Positions 16,893-24,000 of a stretch of DNA of 24,000 nt are shown here, piece after piece. Position numbers and translations under genes: made by a program. Origin of the DNA: Bacillota bacterium (GTDB lineage: Bacteria; Bacillota; Dethiobacteria; DTU022); contig JAGYMW010000016.1 in assembly GCA_018400435.1 (NCBI GenBank), forward strand, positions 13,347 through 37,346. Direction: 5' to 3'. The notes under the pieces were generated by a model that saw only the letters and a program-made list of their open reading frames with translations, was not told the origin of the DNA and did no database searches. How positions within the stretch are numbered: the stretch's first letter is position 1; every line of letters begins with the position of its first letter.

Positions 16893-18581
16893 TTAAACAA
16901 TGCTTTTTTTTAGCTTATTATACAAGGTAGCCAGCGAAATATTTAAAGCCTGGGCCGCTTTCTTTTTGCCTTCTAGCGTTTCACCATACCTGGTCAGAGC
17001 CAGCTTAATCATCATCTCCTCCATTTTATCAAGGGGTATAATTTCATCTAAAACAGGGCCTTCCGAGGTGCCCGGCCGGTTGCCAATGATGGCCAGATGC
17101 TGATACTCAATAACCGAACCGTCGACCACCGCCATTGCCCTTTCAATAACACTGTTCAGCTCATTTATATTGCCGGGCCATTCATACTCGGAGAGCTCTT
17201 GCAGAACACGCGGTGAAATTTCGGCAACATTTTTACCGAGCTTGCGGTTCAGACGATCAATCAGGACTTCAGCAAGAAGGGGAATATCTTCAGGCCGTTT
17301 ACGTAACGGTAGTAAATTGATCGTAACCTGGCTCAGGCGGCGGTAGATTTCTTCAGAGAAATAACCCTGAATCGAAGAGGCAATGAGTTTGCTGTCGGCC
17401 GAAGCAATAACCCTTATGTCAACAGGAATTGGCTTATCTCCACCGATGCGGCAAAAAGAATGCTCGTCCAGGACACGGAGAATCTGATTCTGCAGATGGG
17501 GGTTGAGAGCAGTAATTTCTTTGATAAAAAGAGTGCTTCCTGCGGCCAGTTCCAGTTTACCCAGCCTGGTTCTCAATATTCCGGGCATAGCCCCTCTCTC
17601 GCAGCCAAAAATTTCTATTTCCTGGAGTGAATCTGGGATAGCAGCACAATCTACAATAATAAGGGGCCTTTTACGGCGTGAACTGCTATTGTGAATAGCC
17701 CGGGCAAAAAGGCTTTTCCCGGTTCCGTATTCTCCCCTGATCAGGAGAGAAGCGTCGCTGCGGGAAGCACGGCGGGCTTTTTCAACGGTAGCCCTGAAAG
17801 CCTTGCTCTGGCCAATTAGTGAGTCAAAGCTGAACCTGCTTCCTGAAATCTTTTCAATCTGGGCATAAAGATTATCGATGACCGTATTGCTATATTTCAG
17901 CTCGTCCATAAGCTTTAGAATATCGCAGACCGGTTGAAAAACGACGACTGCCCCCATCAGTTGCCCGCCTACGATGATCGGCGAAGCATTGGAAATCACA
18001 TCAGCTTCAGATCCACCGACAAAAGTCCGATAACCGGTTACGGGTTTCTGCTGGATCAATGATTGAGAAAGTGCCCCATGCGGTGAAACATCAAATATGC
18101 TACGGTTAATTCGTTCGCTTTCAGGAATTCCGGAAATCCTGGTAAAAGCAGGGTTTACATACTTGATGATCCCTTTTTCATCGACTACTTCAATAGCATC
18201 CTGGACTGCATTGAGAATCGCCAACAGCTCACCCTTCAAAAGCCGTGCCTCCTGGAAATACTGTCTGGAGCTGAGTATAGTACTTAAAACATAATTAGGG
18301 AGCAGTTCTTCAATTTTTAGCCGGCGGTTAATTATCTTTCGCAAATACTCTCCTACCGACTGCTCACCTGTAGCATCAACAACAGTATCAAGCTCAGAAA
18401 GCGCGGCAATTTTATCCAAACTTGTGGTAACAAACAAATTTTTTCTTTCTTTTTCAGTCAGCCAGCCGATTTCGCCGTCGAGACAGGCCACGGCAACCAG
18501 ATTGACTTCCGGTGAATAATCAAATAACCGAATCAGACCGCTCCCCTGTTCTTTTGTAATGATCAGCGCGGTATTGATCAC
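16893..18581 (-). CDS. PAS / AAA+ / Fis-HTH transcriptional regulator of sigma-54-activator architecture, with degenerate motifs
   Basis: PAS-like segment ILNAVQDAIEVVDEKGIIKYVNPAF; Walker A GEYGTGKS; VDCAAIPDSLQEIEIFGCERGAMPG; C-terminal Fis-like KKKAAQALNISLATLYNKLKK. GTG start after AAGGAGG. Confidence 0.9.
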   Translation of the reverse strand: MINTALIITKEQGSGLIRLFDYSPEVNLVAVACLDGEIGWLTEKERKNLFVTTSLDKIAALSELDTVVDATGEQSVGEYLRKIINRRLKIEELLPNYVLSTILSSRQYFQEARLLKGELLAILNAVQDAIEVVDEKGIIKYVNPAFTRISGIPESERINRSIFDVSPHGALSQSLIQQKPVTGYRTFVGGSEADVISNASPIIVGGQLMGAVVVFQPVCDILKLMDELKYSNTVIDNLYAQIEKISGSRFSFDSLIGQSKAFRATVEKARRASRSDASLLIRGEYGTGKSLFARAIHNSSSRRKRPLIIVDCAAIPDSLQEIEIFGCERGAMPGILRTRLGKLELAAGSTLFIKEITALNPHLQNQILRVLDEHSFCRIGGDKPIPVDIRVIASADSKLIASSIQGYFSEEIYRRLSQVTINLLPLRKRPEDIPLLAEVLIDRLNRKLGKNVAEISPRVLQELSEYEWPGNINELNSVIERAMAVVDGSVIEYQHLAIIGNRPGTSEGPVLDEIIPLDKMEEMMIKLALTRYGETLEGKKKAAQALNISLATLYNKLKKSIV

Positions 18582-18784
18582 AGCCCCGGTCCGCCTCCTT
18601 TCTTCACCTTAGAATATTCGTAAATATTAGAAGAAATCCTGCCTCAAACAGGTTATTTTCTTTGAACAAGCAGAAATTTGTTTTTGAATTTAAAGGCATT
18701 GCTCCTGTACAGTTTCAAAGATTGACAAAAACCAGCAAATGAACCGGCTGTTAACAAGATTGTCCAACGTGTGAAAGTAAATAT

Positions 18785-18801
18785 TTCCTCACAGCGAGGA
18801 A
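18785..18801. promoter_or_regulatory. Small perfect palindrome between the regulator gene and tRNA-Leu
   Basis: TTCCTC-ACAGC-GAGGAA. Confidence 0.35.
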
Positions 18802-18851
18802 TGTACTTCTGCGTGTCAAGATAACATGGAAGCGCAATAATGGAGGTAATG

Positions 18852-18880
18852 TTGAATTTAAGTTAAAAAGCCTTTATAAT
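18852..18880 (+). promoter_or_regulatory. Putative sigma-A type promoter for tRNA-Leu
   Basis: TTGAAT (18852-18857), 17 nt spacer, TATAAT (18875-18880), 18 nt before the mature tRNA 5' end. Confidence 0.75.
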
Positions 18881-18898
18881 TGTTTAGGTGGAAAAGAA

Positions 18899-18985
18899 GC
18901 GGGCGTGGCGAAACTGGCAGACGCGCTGGACTTAGGATCCAGTGGGAGCAATCCTGTGGAGGTTCAAATCCTCTCGCCCGCACCA
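18899..18985 (+). tRNA. tRNA-Leu (anticodon UAG), CCA encoded
   Basis: Acceptor GCGGGCG/CGCCCGC, anticodon stem-loop CTGGA-CTTAGGA-TCCAG, long class II variable arm GGGAGCAATCCTGTG, T arm GAGG-TTCAAAT-CCTC, discriminator A, then CCA. Confidence 0.96.
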
Positions 18986-20170
18986 GATTGAATCCCGCGC
19001 CAGGGGCAGATCATTGCAGACACCCTTGCTGAATAAAAGCTGGTGAACATCTAGACCACTGCACATAAAAGAGGTACTACAGCCCAGCAAATAAAGACGC
19101 CACATCCGAACGAAACGTTCACCGTATTTTTCCCTGACTTTTTCGGCTACTCTTTCAAAGTTTTCAGCCCAGCGGGTTGTAGTGAGCGCATAATGCATGC
19201 GCAGGCTCTCGGCATCAACAAGGTGGAAGGAAAACTCCGGCAAAAGCCATATTATCTCGCGCAGAGAAGGAATATATCCTCTGGGATAAATATATTTTTC
19301 AAGCCATGTAGCTGTAGGCGATTCAAGAGAGCGGGTAATTGTGTGCAGTAGTGAGAGGCCCTGAGGCTTAAGCATTTTTTGCAGACAACTGAAATAGGTC
19401 GGAATGTTCTCTTTACCTACATATTTAAACATCCCTACACTGACTATTTTATCAAAAGTCTGATTTTCAACAGCCAGGTCACGGTAATCGGCAAGGCGTA
19501 CTTCTACCTGTTCCTCCAGCCCTTCATGTTCAATCCGCTTCCTGGTTTTTGCCTCTTCTTCTTCACGTAAAGTAATGCCAAGAGCTTTAACGCCGTATTT
19601 ACGGGCTGCCCTTATAATCAGCCAACCCCAGCCACTTCCTATATCAAGCAGTGTGTCTCCTTCTTTTAAATGAAGCTTATTGAGGATGTGGTCAATTTTC
19701 TGCAGCTGGGCTTGATCCAGTGTATCTTCAGGGGTTCGGAAGTAAGCACAGGAATAACTGAGCGTGCTGTCAAGCCACAACTTAAAGAAATCACTGCCGA
19801 GGTTGTACGCAATCTCCACGTTCTCGGCCTGCTTTTCAGTTGACTCGCTGCTGCGGCTCTTCATTAGGCGCTGAAAAAGGCCATCTCTTTCGGTACTTTT
19901 GAAAACATCTACATTACGCAGCAAAAGGCTAAGCAGGGCAGAAAAATCACCCTCGACATCAATTTGCTGGTCCATGTAAGCCTGACCAAACCTGGTTTCC
20001 GGATCTTCCAGCATTTCCCGCAGATTAAGCGGTTCATTGAAGATTATCCTGAAAGGTAGATCTTTGATTTCTTTCGGCCCATATATTTCAGTTTCACCGT
20101 CCCAGTAAGTTACTGCAAAAGATATACTGGAAATGCTGCGGAAGACTGCCCTGAAAAGCTCCTTATGCAT
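18932..20170 (-). CDS. Cyclopropane-fatty-acyl-phospholipid synthase-like SAM-dependent methyltransferase
   Basis: DTLLDIGSGWGWLIIRAARKYGVKALGITL, DYRDL, FDKIVSVGMFKYVGKENI, YIYPRGYIPS, GLDVHQLLFSKG. The second ATG (20170) is better placed after AAAGGA than the one at 20188. The 3' end overlaps the tRNA. Confidence 0.9.
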   Translation of the reverse strand: MHKELFRAVFRSISSISFAVTYWDGETEIYGPKEIKDLPFRIIFNEPLNLREMLEDPETRFGQAYMDQQIDVEGDFSALLSLLLRNVDVFKSTERDGLFQRLMKSRSSESTEKQAENVEIAYNLGSDFFKLWLDSTLSYSCAYFRTPEDTLDQAQLQKIDHILNKLHLKEGDTLLDIGSGWGWLIIRAARKYGVKALGITLREEEEAKTRKRIEHEGLEEQVEVRLADYRDLAVENQTFDKIVSVGMFKYVGKENIPTYFSCLQKMLKPQGLSLLHTITRSLESPTATWLEKYIYPRGYIPSLREIIWLLPEFSFHLVDAESLRMHYALTTTRWAENFERVAEKVREKYGERFVRMWRLYLLGCSTSFMCSGLDVHQLLFSKGVCNDLPLARDSIWCGREDLNLHRIAPTGS

Positions 20171-20329
20171 TTTGCATTGTCCTTTCAATGAACGGCTGCC
20201 GATAACCTGATCCGGCAGCCATGTTTTATTAAGCAGATATAGGCTTGAGTCTTATTTCCTTTATTATGCACCATTTGTTATAATTTTGCAACTATTTATT
20301 TTTTTATCCAGGATATTTCTAATATTTTC

Positions 20330-20359
20330 TTGACGTTTATGAAAAGTAAATGTTAGAAT
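20330..20359 (+). promoter_or_regulatory. Putative promoter for the dodecin gene
   Basis: TTGACG (20330-20335), 18 nt spacer, TAGAAT (20354-20359). Confidence 0.5.
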
Positions 20360-20418
20360 TATATTAACATAAAAATTATTTTGAACTGTAAATAAATATT
20401 TTATAGGAGGAATCAACT

Positions 20419-20625
20419 ATGACTGTTGTTAAAATTACTGAGCTTGTAGGCACATCAAGTAAAAGCTGGGAAGAAGCGGCTCAGAACGCTGTTAAAGGTG
20501 CGGCTAAGACTGTCCACAATATAACAGGAGTCGAAATTTTAAAAGCCACGGCAAAGGTTGAGGATGGTAGGATAACAGAATACAGGTCTACCGTCAAAAT
20601 TGCTTTCGCTTTGACAGACAGGTAA
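20419..20625 (+). CDS. Dodecin family small flavin-binding-like protein
   Basis: 68 aa; VVKITELVGTSSKSWEEAAQNAVKGAAKTVHNITGVEILKATAKVEDGRITEYRSTVKIAFAL; TAGGAGG RBS. Confidence 0.94.
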   Translation: MTVVKITELVGTSSKSWEEAAQNAVKGAAKTVHNITGVEILKATAKVEDGRITEYRSTVKIAFALTDR

Positions 20626-20677
20626 TCACGAATTCCAAAAGCTTTTATGCTGTAAAACAAGGATACAAGAAAAGCAA

Positions 20678-20739
20678 AGAACCCCTGCCGGACGGAGGTT
20701 GTCAGCGGCATGCTGACCAATGATGACCACGGGGGTTCT
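20678..20739. terminator. Nested inverted-repeat element, likely bidirectional terminator between convergent dodecin and livF genes
   Basis: Outer arms AGAACCCC (20678-20685) and GGGGTTCT (20732-20739); inner hairpin GTCAGC-GGCAT-GCTGAC (20701-20717). Confidence 0.5.
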
Positions 20740-20765
20740 ATCTTATAATAACTTTGTATTTTTTA

Positions 20766-21470
20766 CTATAAGCCCAGATATGCTTTCCGGACATGGTCGC
20801 TTTCCAACAGGGCATTGCATGAGCCGCCCGAGACGATCTCACCATTTTCCAAGACATAAGCCCGATCAGCTATCTCCAGACTTTGTTTAACGTTCTGTTC
20901 GATAAGGAATACGGTGATCCCATTATCACGCAGTGTCTCCAGCATCTTGAAAGCCTCCATAACCAGCTTCGGAGCCATGCCATAAGACAGTTCATCAAAC
21001 ATCCCCAGTTTCGGGCCCGACATGAGGCTGCGGCCCATGGCCAGCATCTGGCGCTCTCCTCCGCTGAGGGTTTTGGCCAGCTGCTTTCTTCGTTCCTTTA
21101 ACAGGGGGAATATTTCATAAACCTTCTCCAGCCGCTCATTCCTTTTATTCCAGGAATTTTTTAGATAGGCCCCCATTTCCAGGTTCTCAAGCACTGACAT
21201 GTCAGGGAAAAGCCTTCCTCCTTCAGGTAGATAGGCAATGCCTCTTTCCACTATGGCATTGGACGAATAACCGGTTATATCTTCGCCGAGAAAGGTAACA
21301 CTGCCCGAAGCAGGTTTAACCAGGCCGGCTATGGCATTGAGGAGCGTTGTCTTTCCAGCTCCGTTGGCGCCCACCAGTGCAACGATCTCTCCCTCATCAA
21401 CCTTCAGGCATACATCCCACAATACCTGGACATTTCCGTAGGAAACATTTAAAGTATTTACTTCCAACAT
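20766..21470 (-). CDS. livF: Branched-chain amino acid type ABC transporter ATP-binding protein LivF
   Basis: GANGAGKTTLLNAIAG, TLSGGERQMLAMGRSL, FDELSYGMAP, FLIEQNVKQSL. Start at MLEVNTLNVSYG, 26 codons inside the track ORF. Confidence 0.93.
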   Translation of the reverse strand: MLEVNTLNVSYGNVQVLWDVCLKVDEGEIVALVGANGAGKTTLLNAIAGLVKPASGSVTFLGEDITGYSSNAIVERGIAYLPEGGRLFPDMSVLENLEMGAYLKNSWNKRNERLEKVYEIFPLLKERRKQLAKTLSGGERQMLAMGRSLMSGPKLGMFDELSYGMAPKLVMEAFKMLETLRDNGITVFLIEQNVKQSLEIADRAYVLENGEIVSGGSCNALLESDHVRKAYLGL

Positions 21471-21480
21471 GAGCTCGTGT

Positions 21481-22200
21481 TCACTCCCCAAGATAGACTT
21501 CAATAACAGTTTTGCTGGTGGATATTTCTTCGGGGGTCCCTTCGGCAATTTTCTGGCCGTGATGAAGGACGATAATCCTTTTGCAAATATTCATGATCGC
21601 TTTCATGACGTGCTCGATCATGATTACGGTTATCCCCTTTTTTTGGATTCTTTTAACCAGTTCCATTGATTCTCCCACTTCGGTAGGATTAAGGCCGGCC
21701 ATCAACTCATCCAGCAATAAAAGTTTTGGTTTGGTAGCCAGAGCCCGGGCCACCTCCACCCGTTTCTGGTTAACCAGGGTCATGCTCCCGGCTACCATAT
21801 CTGTGCGATCAGACAAACCGATGAAGTCGAGAATTTCCTCAACTTCAGATTTTGCCTGGGACCTTGATTTTTTCTCCGGCGTGCCAAAAAATGCTCCCAG
21901 CAGCACATTTTGAAAGACATCCATGTCGGGAAACACTTTCACGTTCTGAAATGTCCTGGCAAGGCCCTTCTGACAAATTACATTGGGTTTTTTGCCGGCA
22001 AGGTTTTCACCATTGAATAGAATCTTTCCTGAATTGGGCTCATAGGTCCCGGCAATCAGGTTAAATGTTGTCGTTTTACCTGCCCCGTTGGGACCGATCA
22101 ATCCCAGTATTTCGCCTTCTTCAACATGGAAGTCAACCTCTGATACCGCCGCCAGGCCACCAAAATTTTTCGTTAAACCTTCAACTTGAAGTATCTGCAT
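21481..22200 (-). CDS. livG: Branched-chain amino acid type ABC transporter ATP-binding protein LivG
   Basis: GPNGAGKTTTFNLIAGTYEPNSG, ARTFQNVKVFPDMDVFQNVLLG, LLLLDELMAGLNP, IEHVMKAIM. Confidence 0.95.
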   Translation of the reverse strand: MQILQVEGLTKNFGGLAAVSEVDFHVEEGEILGLIGPNGAGKTTTFNLIAGTYEPNSGKILFNGENLAGKKPNVICQKGLARTFQNVKVFPDMDVFQNVLLGAFFGTPEKKSRSQAKSEVEEILDFIGLSDRTDMVAGSMTLVNQKRVEVARALATKPKLLLLDELMAGLNPTEVGESMELVKRIQKKGITVIMIEHVMKAIMNICKRIIVLHHGQKIAEGTPEEISTSKTVIEVYLGE

Positions 22201-23137
22201 GTTTCCCTCCTATAAACCGCTGCCTGATAGTTTGGTATAAACCGATCAAACCGTTAGGCAGATAGAGTATAGTAATCACCATAATTAAACCAAAGATTAA
22301 CATGTAGGAATAAGGAAACCTGGTGATTAACGTTTCCTGCAGGTAAGAAAATACCGCAGCACCCAGCAGTGGACCGAATAGATTGCCCAAACCGCCGAAT
22401 ATGGCCATCAATGGCGGTAAAAAAGAATAGAATGGATCAAAAGCGATATAAGGATCGATATAACTCCACCTTGTAGCCATGATCGTTCCCGTCAGGCCAA
22501 TAAAAAAGGCACTTGAGGCAAAGGTAATAATTTTAAGATTGACAACATTGATACCAATGTGGATCGCCGCCTCTTCATTGCTTCCAATACTTGAAAGGGC
22601 CATACCATACCTGGAGCTTTTAAGAAAATAGGTGGTTAACAAAAGGGCGGCCAGTATGGCAAGCAAAATATAAAATACAGTTGCATTGTCTGCTCTCGGT
22701 ACAAAACGTCCCCTCACACCGACAATGTTAATTTCCCACCACAGCATGAGGTGCTTGATCAACTCTACCAAACCGAAGGTAAAAATAGTAAAGTAGATAC
22801 CCCGCAGGCGGAGAGTGATGGCTCCAATTATGAATGCCAGTATAAAGCTGATCAGGCCTCCGCAAATTACCGCCACTATAAGAGGAACCGAGTCCCCCAG
22901 TATCCCCGCCATGTAAAGTCCAAGGCCAAAAAAAGCAGCAGTGGCCAGGGAGGTGTAACCGGTTGGCCCGGAAAAAAGAGTCCAGCTTAAGGTAAGAGAA
23001 ATATACATGAAGATGCTGCTCAACAAAATAATTGTATATGGTGCAGTAATGTAGGGTATGGCAATAAACAGCACTATGATCAAAATATATAGTGCAGGAT
23101 ATAAATACCTGTTATATTTGATCGTTTTCCAATTCAT
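22181..23137 (-). CDS. livM: Branched-chain amino acid type ABC transporter permease LivM
   Basis: SLTLSWTLFSGPTGYTSLATAAFFGLG, AAIHIGINVVNLKIITFASSAFFIGLTGTI, GGLGNLFGPLLGA. Overlaps livG by 20 bp. Confidence 0.94.
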   Translation of the reverse strand: MNWKTIKYNRYLYPALYILIIVLFIAIPYITAPYTIILLSSIFMYISLTLSWTLFSGPTGYTSLATAAFFGLGLYMAGILGDSVPLIVAVICGGLISFILAFIIGAITLRLRGIYFTIFTFGLVELIKHLMLWWEINIVGVRGRFVPRADNATVFYILLAILAALLLTTYFLKSSRYGMALSSIGSNEEAAIHIGINVVNLKIITFASSAFFIGLTGTIMATRWSYIDPYIAFDPFYSFLPPLMAIFGGLGNLFGPLLGAAVFSYLQETLITRFPYSYMLIFGLIMVITILYLPNGLIGLYQTIRQRFIGGKHADTSS

Positions 23138-23141
23138 TTTT

Positions 23142-24000
23142 CTACCTCCCCAAGATGCCCGATGGTCTTACCAGCAGCAGAATCATGAATAACAGATAAT
23201 AGGCAGCCAGAGTTAAACCCGGGTCTATGGTGTTTACAATACTGCCAATAATGCCCAGAATAAATCCCCCCAGCATGCTCCCCGGAATACTGCCGAGCCC
23301 GCCTAAAACCACCACAATGATTGCAATAATGGTGTACGGCAACCCCATGTTCGTCTGAAGCTGGTAGGCCATGCTGAGCAGAACACCGGCGAAACCGGCC
23401 ATCATAGCTCCAAGGGCAAAACAGAGGGCTAGCATCTTGTTAATGTCCACCCCCATCAAGCTGGCTGCCTCCGGATCCTGGGCTGCTGCTCTGATTGCTT
23501 TTCCCGGCCGGGTCCTGGTGAGGAAAAGATAGAATAGCACACAGAGAAAAACCGCGAAGAAAAGGATTAACATGCGGTTGGCTGAAAAGCGAATGCCCCC
23601 CAAGTATATTGAATAAGCCATAAAAGAATACCCTTTAATCTGAGTCCCCCACAGGTAGATGCCCAGGCTCTGAATTATGAAGAGAATGCCAAAAGCCAGC
23701 AGCATGGAATTGCCCTCGAACGCTGTCGGAACCGGAGTTTTATCTTTCAAGGTTTTAAAAAGATAGCGGTGGACAATAAAACCGAGGATAAAAAGGACCG
23801 GTCCCGCCACGACCAGGCATAAGAGTGGGTTGATACCGAAACTAGTATAAAGCATCCAGGTGATAAAAGCCCCAACCATGATAAATTCTCCGTGGGCAAT
23901 GTTAAAGATACGGGCTACCCCGTACTGCATACTCAGTCCGACGGAGGTCAAAGCATAAATACCCCCCAAAATCAAGCCGTTGACGAGTATATTGATGATA
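23142..24000 (-). CDS. livH: Branched-chain amino acid type ABC transporter permease LivH, 5' end outside the window
   Basis: NGLILGGIYALTSVGLSMQYGVARIFNIAHGEFIMVGAF, VVLGGLGSIPGSMLGG. The frame stays open to the window edge (INILVNGLILGG), so the true start lies beyond 24000. Confidence 0.94.
   Translation of the reverse strand, partial: IINILVNGLILGGIYALTSVGLSMQYGVARIFNIAHGEFIMVGAFITWMLYTSFGINPLLCLVVAGPVLFILGFIVHRYLFKTLKDKTPVPTAFEGNSMLLAFGILFIIQSLGIYLWGTQIKGYSFMAYSIYLGGIRFSANRMLILFFAVFLCVLFYLFLTRTRPGKAIRAAAQDPEAASLMGVDINKMLALCFALGAMMAGFAGVLLSMAYQLQTNMGLPYTIIAIIVVVLGGLGSIPGSMLGGFILGIIGSIVNTIDPGLTLAAYYLLFMILLLVRPSGILGR

Noticed and set aside
18582-18900. Possible sigma-54 (-24/-12) promoter for the regulator-led operon
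   Set aside because: The best candidate (TTGGACAATCTTG) has wrong GG-GC spacing; no convincing match found.
21471-21548. Extension of livF to 21548
   Set aside because: Runs into the livG coding end; LivF proteins start at MLEVxxLxVxYG.
1-24000. CRISPR arrays, toxin-antitoxin, restriction-modification, phage or transposon genes
   Set aside because: No direct repeat arrays, integrase/transposase or defence-domain motifs were visible in any translated frame.

Overview
The window looks like a chromosomal segment of an anaerobic, syntroph- or Pelotomaculum-like Firmicute; that lineage is inferred from gene content only. From left to right: (i) the end of a beta-oxidation operon, with an enoyl-CoA hydratase domain cut by the left edge and a divergent thiolase; (ii) a small decay zone with an MBL-fold hydrolase flanked by what look like an aldo/keto reductase remnant and an SLC13 transporter remnant; (iii) a conserved minus-strand block yraN-rnhB-rbgA-lepB-rplS-trmD-rimM-khpA-rpsP-ffh-ylxM; (iv) a minus-strand methylmalonyl-CoA module: PAS/AAA+/Fis regulator, sucC, sucD, methylmalonyl-CoA mutase large and B12-binding subunits, epimerase, carboxyltransferase; (v) tRNA-Leu(UAG), overlapped antisense by the 3' end of a cyclopropane-fatty-acid-synthase-like methyltransferase ORF; (vi) dodecin; (vii) a branched-chain amino acid type ABC transporter, livF-livG-livM-livH, cut by the right edge. 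I found no CRISPR array, phage, transposase or recognisable defence system, and no clearly new multi-gene system. The best leads are the motif-degenerate AAA+ regulator heading the methylmalonyl-CoA operon, the tRNA/methyltransferase ORF junction, the two unannotated gene remnants, a long perfect hairpin after the carboxyltransferase gene, and hairpins placed at the ribosome-binding sites of ylxM and sucD.
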